NCBI GenBank assembly: GCA_002633005.1
Contig: NMRA01000007.1
Span: 124,001 to 188,000 of the forward strand
Reading direction: 5' to 3'
DNA: 64,000 nucleotides
From: Phoronis australis
Lineage: Eukaryota; Animalia; Phoronida
Position numbers and translations under genes: made by a program. Shown here piece by piece: positions 52,001 through 64,000 of the stretch. Below the pieces are notes generated by a model, which saw nothing but the letters and a program-made list of their open reading frames with translations, made no database searches and was not told where the DNA came from. Position 1 is the first letter of the stretch, and every line of letters begins with the position of its first letter.

Positions 52001-55000
52001 TTGTACCGACAATGCATTTTCATCTACGACTCTAGACTTAATGTCTTTATTTTGAGCTTTTCCTCCATTCGCTAATTTAGAAGGAGTTTCCTTTATCTGA
52101 TAATAATAATTATTATTAACAATTGTATTATACTGGTTTATGTAGACATCAGTGCAAATTCAACCTAGAAAGATGACATGTTTTCCACTGACGAAACCTT
52201 ACACTGCTTGTTTCAGTCAGTAGTCTATGACTTGGACCGTAGTACAGGCATTTACAGAGATGAAGTCAACTTGAAGACAGCCATAATGTCGTTCATCAAT
52301 GCAGCACTCAAATATGGGCCTGGACAGGTATGGTGAAGCTTCTTTAGAGGTTTCCTTGTGTTTTTTATCTTATAGAGGATCTTAATTCAATTTTGCTTGC
52401 TAAAACGTATTATCAAGAATGGAATCACTTAATTGTTTGATAAAAAGTAGCTGTTATTTATTTGTTTTGCGTGAAAATTTATTGTATACATCTTGCTTCT
52501 GTTCACTGTTAGTCGGTTGTATGGGAATTACGATGACTACAGCATCAGTTGATGCTTTTGCACATACACCAAGTGTTTGGAAGGAATTATCAAACTTGCT
52601 TCAATGTTGTATGACCTGACAATGGTCACATTGATTTCTTTATAGGTAGAAAACATGATCGTTCGTCGGAAAAACTGAATTATGTGCCTCTGATATTTTC
52701 TTATCTCTTGCTTAATCGTGTTTTTTGATTATCTAGTTTTATTGAAACTTAGCAATCTTGTCCCAATTAGCATTCTTCCATACAGTTATCTCATGTGGTC
52801 AATCATTGTTTTGCATTCAAAAGAGAGGTCAGGCTTTAGTTTTGCTCTGGGATGTTTGTGAACTACTTGCCCCTCACGGTGTTTCACAGTAGGTATTGCC
52901 CAGTAGGTGGAAACTTCCCTACTGGGCTAAGTTTGTTAAGATATCTACAGGTGGCCCCAAGTTGCTATGGCCTTGGGAAGTCTTGTTTTGAATTCAGTTG
53001 ATCTGTATGGTTGTAGAGCAGGATGGCAGGCTCTGACCCCAATATGGATGTCAAGAAAATAGTATGTGGATATAGCCAGGTGTTGTGATTGGGTTTTGGC
53101 TATTGGATTTCACTGAGTGTGTCTAATGCATATCTAACAATGTTGAAGAATGATCAGTTGTAAATTGTTCTCTTGCCTGGTGTCACGCAGGATCGCATGG
53201 AGTTTCGGATGCATTTGAGATACGAGTTCTTGATGCTGGGCATTCAGCCGGTGATAGACAAGTTAAGGGAACATCAGAATGCCACTTTGGACAGACATTT
53301 GGACTTCTTCGAGATGGTCAGAGCTGAAGATGAAAAGGAGTTTGCCAAGAAGTTTGAAGTTGTAAGTATTAGTCTGTTTACGTTAGTTCACTGTGTATCA
53401 ATATGTACATACAACATAATACACGGCCATTGATACAACTGTCCTCTGATTGGCTGAAGCGCGGTACGATAACTTTCAATGTGGCTTACTATTGATCAAC
53501 TTGTCTATGAAATATCATTTTTCGTTGATTCTACCTGGATGTCAGACACTGTAGAAATCGTAAACCCTGTCCACAAAGCGTACAGCTGTTGTCAATACTT
53601 CAAATCTGCTGTAAAACAAAGTAGTCTAATAGTAAGAGATGGAATAAACAGAGGTTGTGTTATACAACAGAGGCCAATCCTTTGGTGTATCAGGTGATGT
53701 GGATCGATGGAGAGAAGTATTGGTCTCCTTTGGTACATGTGACCTGATATCAGCCTCAAGATGGGTCCGTATTTGTGTCAAGGCTTGGAATTTTCTTCTT
53801 TTAAAAGGATTTCCTCCTTTTATTTAATTTCTAGTTTTCTATTCTTCGTCTCTTTTTATCATTATTTCCTTGAATTAAATTTTACGGCACAAAAAATATT
53901 TCTATCACACAAGCTATTTATTTGTGGAAAACAATACATCACGCAAAAAATTTTCCTCTTTTTGTCATTGGTCATTCCAAGCCCTGTTGTATATTAAACT
54001 CACTTCTTTAAAAATTTGACAAAATGAAGATACGTGAAGAAGCAAGTATTAAAGCGTTGTCCTATAGCCTCAGTTGTTATGTATGGTAGGTGCTTTAAAG
54101 TACCTTTAAGGTTAAAGGACAATTTAACTTACTAATTGCTGTCTAGTGTTACAAGCAGTTTTACATTTTGTCAAAAAAGTGTTAGAAATGAGTTAGTGAC
54201 CAAAAATGTAATATAACTTGATAACATGAAAAATAAATGACATACAAAGTTTGAGATTTGACTGGTACAAGGTAACTTTAATACTGCACAACCCTATTAT
54301 GAATCTCACCCACATTTTGTAATTCTTAACGTTTGTAACTGTTTGATTCAATTCAATTTTGATAACTCGTCGCTGTCTTCTACCGCCAGTCTCACGTAGA
54401 CACTAAGAGTGCCACCAGTATGTTCGAGTTGCTCAGGAAGAAGTTGGCCTTCACCACAGCCTACCCTCATCTACTGTCCATACTTCAGCATTCTCTACAG
54501 TTACCATGTAAGTGTTTACATCTATTGCGGTGTCCTACAGAGGTCTCTGTCTTACCCACACTTATTGTTTGTATCACGACAGTGTCAGAACAGACGTGTA
54601 ATGTAGAAACGTCTCGCTAAGAAAACGCCATTATCCTCCCACCATTGATAATTTGAAGTCGATTTTTTATGACGCAATGAAGTATTTTCTGTCACAATTG
54701 TTCAAAATGAGATATCTAGATGGAACTAGATTGTGAATATATACACACACTGAAATGTGAAATCTATCTGTTGAGTTGATGAGCTCAGATATTGTGTTGT
54801 TATGGTGCTTTCTGAGCTTACATCTTTTATTGTGAATTTTTTGTGAATTACAGTTTCCATAATTAGAANTACAAGGTAACTTTAATACTGCACAACCCTA
54901 TTATGAATCTCACCCACATTTTGTAATTCTTAACGTTTGTAACTGTTTGATTCAATTCAATTTTGATAACTCGTCGCTGTCTTCTACCGCCAGTCTCACG

Positions 55001-58000
55001 TAGACACTAAGAGTGCCACCAGTATGTTCGAGTTGCTCAGGAAGAAGTTGGCCTTCACCACAGCCTACCCTCATCTACTGTCCATACTTCAGCATTCTCT
55101 ACAGTTACCATGTAAGTGTTTACATCTATTGCGGTGTCCTACAGAGGTCTCTGTCTTACCCACACTTCTTGTTTGTATCACGACAGTGTCAGAACAGACG
55201 TGTAATGTAGAAACGTCTCGCTGAGAAAACGCCAGTTTCCTCCCACCATTGATAATTTGCGGTCGATTTTTTATGACGTAATGAAGTATTTTCTGTCACG
55301 ATTGTTTGAAATGAGATATTTAGATGGAACTAGATTGTGAATATATACACACACTGAAATGTGAAATCTATCTATTGAGTTGATGAGCTCAGATATTGTG
55401 TTGTTATGGTGCTTTCTGAGCTTACGTCTTTTATTGTGAATTTTTCTTGTGAATTACAGTTTCCATAATTAGAATTTCAAAAATTGTTGATAAGCTCTGT
55501 CCATTTCTCTTAGTCACCACACCAAATGGCAACAGTAACATCGGTCACTACTGGCAGCTGATCGACCGTGTCGTCCAACAGATAGCCATACAGCAGAAGG
55601 ATGGCAAAGACCCTGACGTAGCGCCACTAGAGGGACTCGATGTCAACAAAATTGTCAAGCAGTAGGTTTTAATACAAACTTATGTAGCCTTTGAGTCTGT
55701 AGAAAAGAGTCTTTCTAAACATGTTTCTGTTCTGTGTTGCAATATGTTAAGAAGTTTAAACTTGTTTCTGGAATTATGGTCTTGGGCTTTGTGTAGTACC
55801 GTTATTCTTTAATAACCGTGACTGTAACTGGTCATGTGTTGAACTCTGTCATCACAGCCACGAAGCACGAGTACTTGGTTCTCTAGCTATATCTCATAGG
55901 CTCACTTAACTGAAAGACGACTCCTTATATTTGGCCCAGTGCTGTAATACATTGAAACGAGATGATCACAGAGGACGTTTGTGATGATTTCTTAAGTTAG
56001 TTTTGAGTCAGTTATATTTATTCTCTTATTCAATTTTTGTTGGCTGCAAGTTGTCAGGTTACATATAATTGATTTTGGTAAAGAGTACAGTTTTCCGACT
56101 TCCTACGTTCGCAGGCTTGCCAGAGAAAATGAAATGAAAGAGTTTCAAAACAAATTACGTGAACTTAGTAAAGAAAATGATGAGCTAGCGGCGAAACTAG
56201 TCAAAAAGGAAAGGGAGTGTGAAATACGAACACAAGAGAAGGTAAGTGGCAGTGGTATGTTGCCCACTAGTCGAGTCAAGATACCACATAACTTATTGGC
56301 TTCAAAGTCTTTGTCATTACCTTTTATGATATACCTTCCAAAATAATGAATGTGAAATTGAATGCTGCTTTCTGGTATAGGATTTTGTACTTAGCATTAA
56401 GTATGGTATGTGGGTGGAAATGAATGTTGGAGATGCGGAGTTGGGCAGTATTCGCTTCGTGTTTCTGGTACTAACTCTTTTGAAGCTTTACATTTTGCTT
56501 ATGTTGTTACATTCCTGTACTTTAGGCCGTAGCGTTGTAAGCTGTTTATAATTTACACTGGTATAGAAATGCAGTGAATTTCCGCAGTATCACTCACATC
56601 TAATGTTCTTGGCAACAGAAATACTATGCGATTAAACTGGATTTTGGGAAGGAAGTATTGTCTCCTGAATATCAATGACTGAACAGCCTAAACAGAGTGG
56701 TGATGGTTTAAAAGATTTTCAATTATTACTAATTCCTTCTGTATCATTGGTTTACTGAGAATGGCTTCTTCAGTGAACATGATTATTTACAACAACCTTT
56801 GCATTAAGCTTTTACACTTTCTTGGGCAATATCTTCATAAATACTTGAAATCTGATAAAACGTGGTAGCCGAATACTAATTTACATAACGTTCATTCGCT
56901 TCCATTTATTATTTCTTATCCTTGTACATGTGTTAGCCTGCGGCTGTGTGTGAGAACCGGCCTGCTGTGTGCGGCCTCCTGGTGGCAGTTTGTGCTGCGT
57001 GTCTTGCATGGCTCTTTTGACGCTTGCGAGCTTGCTTGGGTTCTAGGAGGATCTCATGGAAACTGTCAACAAAATGAAAAGTCGGCTTGAGCGAGAGAGC
57101 ACCGGACACGCTGAAGCCAAAGTACAAATAGGAGACCTGATTACACGACTTAATGAATTTAAAAATCAGGTGAGATTGCTGAGGCTGACCCTTATCATTT
57201 TCTTTGCTTTCATAAGTGCTGTCCACATTACGAGTTACCCTGCATTACAAGTTACTAGTTACTCCCAGAACGAGTTATCGCCAAGTTTATAGTAGTAGTT
57301 AATTTAGATGCTGTTTGCGTTGGGACAACCTGACACTCATAACGCTAAATCGTCATGAGAGACCATCCGGAGTTGGTATATAGTGCAACTCCGGACGTTC
57401 TGGGGTCAACAGAAAACCACAGTTCAACTGTGAGTCTACAACAATGTGATAAACGAGAGTAGTTCTGCTTGCTGCGTCAGCTGCTGGTATGCTTATCTCT
57501 TTTATGACACACAATGTGTGACTGGGCAAAGCGTTTTCAAAATAATGTGGATAAATCAGTGGAGTGTGAGACCCCTGAGGTCCCTGTTAAGTCCTCACGA
57601 CAATTCTACGTTATGTCACTTGACAACGTATCCCTCATTATTGAGGTAGAGCAACTTGTTGTAGGTAAACTTGTCCCAGTACAGGTCATAGTGTGGACAC
57701 AAGCCTGCAGACAAGGCAGAAGGAATCATTAGCTGTGTCCTGGCTGAGTTACACGTCTCATAGGGTTGCCTTATCATTTTTGCACCATATGTGTCTCAAT
57801 GTGTAGGGGGTGTACTGTGGACACTCCGCTGATTGGGGGCAAGTTGATCTAGGGTAACTCGTAGTATGGACATGACTACAGTTAATTTAAAGGTGGCAGG
57901 TACTGATCACTTTTATTATTGCCCATATGTAAAGTTGGCAAACCATTAGTTCCCGTCTATAGCAATGATGGGCAACTCAGATGTTCACCAGGTGGCGCTA

Positions 58001-61000
58001 TTGGAGACAGTCCCTGTGTTACTCAAGTAGACTGTGAACACAAAGTTGTTCACCTCCATGAACATGTTCCTTGGTGGGGTAAAGGTCCCACCTAACCTGA
58101 ATGCTTGAAATTTCCGTGGACAGAACCATTGTGTTTACTGGCACCACCTTCTGAATTCCAAGTGCCTCGTCACTTGATAGTATTTTTCATAGTGCCTCCG
58201 TTTGGTGTTTTGCTTGTTTTCCAGCAGCCGGGGAGAGTATTGTAATTGAGTGGCCTGCATGAACCAGGCAGTGTTGTTTCAGTTAACATTGTTTGGCATT
58301 CAGTGTGTCTGTGTATCAGCTGCTTAGAATGGATGGCTGTTCCCACTGAAACATTACTGCAGATCTCATACCAGACATATAAAATGTCTTGCTCTAAAAT
58401 TTTAACTATTTGCAGCAAAGCCATATCTTGTAAAAGTTTTTGTACCTGATTTTTGTAAACATTTTGCTCTATCTGAAGTTGAAGTAATTGCAGCATATTT
58501 TGGTTACCAAAGGTCACAGATTTTCAGAAACCTTTTTAAAGACAAAATCATGAAACCATGCGTTTTTGAAATCCTTAATGTTTGCAGAAATATATAATGT
58601 GTATGAAAATTTCCTGTTACCAAGTATTTTCTGAAAGAGCATCACTGTATCTCTCATCAATTTGAACCTGAAAATTTTTACATTAAATTTGTCAGGTCAA
58701 TTTGCCATAAAAGGTGTCTAGGAATAATGTATAAGCCACAAACTGGGATGTCTAACATGTTCTCATTTTTTCATCAGAGTTTGAATTCTGTAACACAGTG
58801 TTTACCAACCAAGACAAATTTAACAAGACCTGCTAATTAATTGTGTATTAATGACATTTGTGTCATCGCTGGCTCTGCAGATCGAGGTTGAACGGCGGGA
58901 AAGAGAGAAACTTGAACAGTTTGTTAAGACAGGCAGTTTACCTGACGATGCTAAAGTAAACTTTACCACAGCAGCCTCTAGTCTGTCTTCAATGTCGGCT
59001 GCGCCGGCATCCGCCCCACCACCTCCTCCGCCCCCTCCAGGAGCTGCGCCACCGCCACCACCTCCACCACCGGGACCACCACCAGCTCCAGGTATTTGTC
59101 TGTGAGACGCCAACCCCCTCTTGTGTCACTACGTACCCGGCAGTCAACAGTTTGAGACCATTTGTTGCAATTCTTTTGTTATAGGCATGGGTTTTGATTT
59201 CCAACGCATCAAGGTGTCAATAAATTATTTGGTAGAGGAACTCACTGGTCCTTTTGTTAAGGTTAATTAGTCTGAATTTGCACAGTGTACTTGTTTCCTA
59301 CCCAGAATTAGCTGTTGCTGACAAAATTAAAGGCAGGGTAGCATTTCGCCCAGGGTCTGGCGGAACTCGACCGTGTTAAGGGTACCATTAGTGGGATTGA
59401 CCATAAACGATGGTCTAACAAGAACACATGTTTGTGCATAAATTATCGCATAACACTGATTACCTTGCACTGGTAAACACTGTCTGGTATGTGCCTGCAG
59501 AAAAGATTTTATTTATTGCGATATTTTTGGCTTAAATTTTTTACAAAAAAGAACAATGAGCTTAACCATTAACAATCATGGTGTTTTTATCATTAAAATC
59601 AACCCAAAGTTACGAGCACTTAACACATTTCAAAGTTAAGAAGAGCACTTAATCAGACATGTCATTAGCAAGATGGGCTAAATCACATAATAAGACACGG
59701 AGTTAAGTAAAAAATAGGCAGTATAATTATATATAATAGCAACTTAATTGTCATAACCCTATGAAAGGAGTTCAAACCCTGGGTGAAATGAACAGTCTTC
59801 CTACAGTCCAGTTACAGCATATCTTTTACCTTCTCATGTGGTTCAGTAGGGTTGACTTTGAATAAAGCTGTTGGAAAATTGAATGAAATTTCCCTTTTAA
59901 TCCTCGTTGCAATTAAAGGGAATATAATAATGGTAGGCGCATGATTCTGTTTGTGTCCGTGCAGAAAATAATACCTTTCTGTGCACGACTTCTATATTTC
60001 TCGAGGTTTCGACCACACTTTAAAAACAGTGTGCTACTGAAGTGCCATAGCACATATTGTTGGCATTTTGCGATTCGATTGTATATTCCTGAGTTTTGGG
60101 CCATTGTTGATTTTTACGCATTCGTGTTGGGAAATACACCTTTGTGCGCCAGTCTTCTTGCGTTTCTTAAGAAAGTTTGACTAAACAGGTATGCTTACAA
60201 ACTGCCATTATAGCACTTTTCCATTTTGCAGAATTCTCATCATTTCCATGCACTCGTGTATGGAAATACTCTTCTGTGTGCAACTCTTACATTGCAGAGA
60301 TTTTGACTACTAATTTCAAAGAAGTATGCTTGCAATATGCCGCCATCCTTATCACTAGCATTCTGGATTCAACCATATTGTCCTGGATTTTATCTTGTTG
60401 GTTTTCGCGCATCCAGGCTGTGCGCAAGCCCTCTTTCATTTCAAAGGGAATTTTGACCAAATTTTTAAAACCTATGCTTGTTGTGCTGGCATTTTGCGAT
60501 TCAGCATTATTTTTCTAAATTTAAGCCCCTTTTTGCTCTTCTGTGTGCTGCCCTCTAGAGGACATTTAATGGGATATTTCTCTCTGTAACTGCCTTGTTT
60601 CACGGAGGAATACTTTTGTCTTTACTGTTATATTTCCTAAAAGTAAGCTTATTATAATTATCTCAGTTATATTTCCCACTTGATCTAGTATAATGACTTT
60701 GTTTGCAGGCTGTCCTGCACCCCTGGGTATTGCAGGCGGACCACCGCCACCTGGTGGAGCTGTGAAGAAGAAGAACATTCCAAAGCCACAAAATCCTCTT
60801 AAGTCTTTTAACTGGGCCAAAATACCTGACAGCAAACTAACTAACACGGTATGGGGAGACATTGATGATACTAAGGTATGTTAAACATTCTGAGACTGCA
60901 GTAAATTTATGGTAACAATTTAGGCAAATTGGTGCATAATTATGTTATCGTTAGTGTTTATTTATAATACAACCAACCAAAGAACCAAAAAAAATTTACT

Positions 61001-63529
61001 GACATGGGGAAATTCATTTTTTCCGTTCAAAAATGGATAATCACCTCACAGAAACATTCGGCATACATGGCTGCTGATGACTTCCTCCGTACCTAACAGG
61101 TGGCACTGTGTACAGTATGTTGTTGTAGACTGAGCTGAGTTTGCAGGCGTCCTCATCACGGTTCATAGCAGACTTTGGTTGGTGGATCCAGATAGTTTGC
61201 TGTATTCTCCTTTTGAAATAATTAAGTTCCCTGTCAGTGACACTCACTCCATTCCTGAGTGGATCACATGATTGTCTCTAGTTGTTTAATGATAAAAAGT
61301 TGACTTCCTTTTTCATAATTTTGGATTTTACCATAGTCATTTGTTTGAGAACTAGTTTTGCTACAAGTCAAAAATATTTTTGGCGTTATAAGTTGTGTTC
61401 TCCACATGCTGTTTTGACTCGTCACTGCGTTGAGTTTGAATTCTGTTGTCTTGAGTTTGGCTTACTTGTCGTTGAGTTTGAAAACCTAATATATGCTACA
61501 AGTTTAAAGTGTTGAGAGATTAGTCATTTGTTAAGGAAATTGGGACATTTTGGATTTTGGTATCAGTTCTATGCATTTATTCGAAGGCTTAACACATAAA
61601 CTCCCCACAGTATGGACATGGACTTCCAAACACGTACTTGAATTTTGTAATTCCAGTCGACTGGTTTGAATTTCCTGTTGTGGAGAACACTGATAAGTAA
61701 AACTATTGAGTTCTGGTAGATGGATGAATTTATTTAGCCAGATTATGGGCTTCTTGAGTTAACACAGATGTAAATTAAATCAGTTTTTGGCCACAATAAG
61801 ATCAAGTGAGAGATACAAATTTCACTCTATGGGTGTTACATGAGCTGTATGTTGGCACTTGTTGTCCTAAATTGTTGTAAATATGATCCTGATGATGTCT
61901 AATGAAAAGACGAAACGTTGAATTGAACATGAACTTTTTTATTTGTGCAACACAGATGTAGTAACTTGTAGTGTTTATTTGTAGTTATACAAAACTTTAA
62001 ATTTGGAAGAGTTTGAGAACATGTTCTCGGCTTACCAAAGAAAGGAGGAAGATCTGGGCCTTCAGGGTCAGATGTCAGTCAAGGGCAGGTCTAAGGAGTT
62101 GTCTGTGATTGATGGTCGACGGGCGCAGAACTGTTACATCCTTTTGTCGAGGCTCAAGATGACCGACGACGAGTTGGCTAGAGCAATCTTGACAATGGAC
62201 GACCAGGAAGAATTGCCAAAGGATATGTGTGAACAGGTCAGTGACTCTGTTTGTGCCTGATCATATAAGTTGTAGTGTTCAATTGTGACCAGGTCTGTGA
62301 TTGTGTTCATGCATGAACTTATAAGTTGCGGAGTTCATTTGTGAAGAGATCTGCAACACTGTACATGTGTGAGCAAGTCTCTAACACAGCTTTTATAAAA
62401 ATGGTGTGTAAAACTATTTTATGTGAACAGGACTATGAGGTTGTTAGTGTGAATGGAATTAAATGCATAATTATGTTATTTTTTAACAGGCCGGTTCCAT
62501 AATATTTGCTTATTTCGTTCTTGGTTCAACATACATGTGTTATGTCTTAGACATTTTCTGTTTCATAATAAATGGTGTTTGAAAGTCGTAGTTATTACTA
62601 TTTGATTGGTGTCTTCAATTTTTTGTCAGAAAAAAAGTGGAGAAGGATGCTAATTGGTATCAAAATATTTTAATAATTTCAGACACCTTGATGATGAAAA
62701 ATTCTTGATCATTTCAAAATTACAAATTCAAAAGTTTTTGAGAAACAGTTTTCAATTGCCAGTGTTGTGAAATTTCCTTCATAACAATCCGTAAGATTTG
62801 TGGGTACGTTTGTAGTTGCTGAAGTTTGTACCGACCCCTGAAGAGGCACAGATGTTGTCAGAACAGGAACAAGACCTTGACCAGATGGCCAGAGCTGACC
62901 GGTTCTTATATGACATGTCCAAGTAAGGAGTGGCTATCTGCCCGAAGTTTTTGTATATTATCTGTCTACAGGTGTACAGTATTTGTGCATCTTGTTCACC
63001 TGTCTGTAATTGTGTTATAATTAATTTTATTTTATTTTCCTGACAATGCCAGATTGCTGTTCCAAATTTATTTAACACTGGCTAATGTCAGCTGGCATTG
63101 TGTTCTAGTCATTGTTGGACAGTAACACATATTGTTAATTTGTTTTGTTAGGTAACATTTTTAACACCACCGTATGGGCTGAGCGACAAACGTTTTTGTG
63201 TGATACCTAAAATGTATTTTCTAAGTGGTGCTTGTTTGGATAATGTGCAGTGTTTGAGCTTCAGCAAAAAAAATGTGTGGCCCGCCGGGCCATTTTCTTG
63301 AATATAAGACCACATCCACATAGGGCCTGTATGTGAAAGTTTACTGGCCCGGCCGTAAATTCACTGGCCCCTGGCCACCAGGCCAGCATGTATTTCGAAC
63401 GCTGATAATGTACAACGTTGCTTTTGACTTTTACCTGTAGAATTGTCCATTATGAGCAAAGACTCAAAGCTCTCTGTTATAAGAAGAAGTTCTCAGAAAG
63501 AATCAGCGACCTCAGACCAAGAGTAGAAG
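46087..63529 (+). CDS. DAAM: Dishevelled-associated activator of morphogenesis (DAAM1/2 ortholog, formin), 3'-partial
   Basis: Exons 46087-46260, 48075-48164, 49674-49742, 50247-50335, 50618-50753, 51414-51611, 52217-52327, 53191-53361, 54390-54507 (or its copy 54994-55111), 55514-55661, 56115-56241, 57047-57169, 58881-59091, 60709-60875, 61985-62236, 62816-62922, 63441-63529; 793 codons in phase. Domains: GBD/FH3 ([49 protein letters not shown]), coiled coil, polyproline FH1, and FH2 ([30 protein letters not shown]). The gene continues past the window. Confidence 0.96.
48195..48528. repeat. About 29-bp minisatellite, left part
   Basis: Unit close to TACAATAATGTA(T/A)CACATGTCTTGTCAGA, about 11 degenerate copies. 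Confidence 0.9.
48529..49408. mobile_element. Non-autonomous element of about 880 bp with an A-A'/B-B' double inverted-repeat layout, inserted at TA in the minisatellite
   Basis: Imperfect palindrome of about 170 bp (48529-48697), then ATTTATACCACA (48693-48704) inverted with TGTGGTATAAAT (49397-49408). TA flanks both sides, and removing the element restores a minisatellite unit. Confidence 0.75.
49243..49312 (+). pseudogene. tRNA-like sequence (tRNA pseudogene or SINE head) inside the element
   Basis: A box TGGTGCAGTGG, B box GGTTCGAAACC, acceptor-like stem GCTGAG/CTCAGT, and loop CTGAAAC (GAA); the D and anticodon stems are imperfect. Confidence 0.5.
49409..49565. repeat. About 29-bp minisatellite, right part
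   Basis: About 5 further copies of TAATGTAACACATGTCTTGTCAGATACAA. Confidence 0.9.
53779..53986 (+). mobile_element. hAT-like MITE
   Basis: TIRs CAAGGCTTGGAAT / ATTCCAAGCCCTG (12 of 13 match); second copy inverted at 13619-13861; TSD unclear. Confidence 0.75.
54266..55474. repeat. Tandem duplication of about 604 bp including DAAM exon 9, split by a single N (probable assembly or haplotype artefact)
   Basis: 54266-54868 and 54870-55474 are near-identical and separated by 'n' at 54869; the exon copies appear identical and the intronic parts differ by scattered substitutions and a 2-nt indel. Confidence 0.9.
61060..61275 (-). mobile_element. Penelope-like retroelement relic (C-terminal end of the GIY-YIG endonuclease region)
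   Basis: Minus-strand translation [50 protein letters not shown] resembles the Penelope tail pattern V.ILDRE..WF.R.IKEAI.I......LNRD.G...L...Y..IL. Confidence 0.7.
63248..63404. mobile_element. hAT-type MITE, 157 bp
   Basis: TIRs CAGTGTTTGA / TCGAACGCTG (2 mismatches, both of CpG-decay type); 8-bp TSD ATAATGTG / ATAATGTA (7 of 8); internal TGGCCC repeats. Confidence 0.75.
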
Positions 63530-64000
63530 GTACGTCACTGCGAATGTTTCAGTCATGTGACCTGCATAAGCTCTGTTTCCTAACACATAACAACACATTT
63601 TGTATACTGAATATGCTTACACGGAAACCACTTGTCTTTCTCTGTAGTGACGCGCCTCTCCCATTCTAGCTGCTCCTAAACATGTTGCGTTTAATTTTGA
63701 ACTGTAGTGGGAGGTACATTTGAATGAACAGAATTGAACCCAATGTTTGTTATTGTGAAGTTGATAATCACAAGAACAGACTGTCAATTATTCGTTGCTT
63801 TTTGAGATTTTGCTCTTTGTTAATTATTGTTTTTCTTATTAAGAGAAGGTCAATTCAAGTATCCAGACTCAAAGCTAATTTCTCAATCGATTAATAGTTC
63901 ATCTTTAACGCAGCTGAATATACATTGCCACATATTTGCCGCATGACCGATTTGCTCGCAGTATAGATAAGAATTGAGCATTCTTGTTGGTTGAAAGTCA

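Noticed and set aside
58820-59204. Gly-rich and Trp/Arg-rich minus-strand ORFs
   Set aside because: Antisense readings of the polyproline FH1 exon.
59960-60520. Overlapping ORFs and weak periodicity (GCATTTTGCGATTC, TTTGAC...TATGCTT)
   Set aside because: Looks like a degenerate repeat; I could not define a consistent unit or a coding signal.

Overview
This is AT-rich, intron-rich eukaryotic DNA, most likely from an invertebrate animal; it is not prokaryotic and contains no CRISPR array. I reconstructed three spliced genes by hand from splice sites and reading-frame phase. (1) The 3' part of eIF5 (+ strand, 8 coding exons, 395-6581). (2) A complete kinesin-9 family KIF6 gene (- strand, 22 coding exons, 28536 to 9003, about 847 aa), which includes one U12-type minor-spliceosome intron. 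(3) The 5' part of a DAAM formin (+ strand, coding 46087 to beyond 63529), whose putative first non-coding exon lies about 300 bp from the KIF6 ATG. That head-to-head KIF6/DAAM arrangement matches human KIF6/DAAM2. The introns hold several non-autonomous DNA transposons (one with 13-bp TIRs and a 5-bp TSD; one double-hairpin element carrying a tRNA-like sequence), Penelope and LINE relics, minisatellites, and a 604-bp duplication across an N that is probably an assembly artefact. Most ORFs in the supplied track are spurious or are exon read-throughs. I see no unequivocally new biological system. The best leads are the KIF6-DAAM bidirectional unit, candidate DAAM regulation (an in-frame uORF and a short FH1-FH2 isoform), a candidate stop-containing KIF6 exon, and a telomerase-template 11-mer in a structured eIF5 intron.
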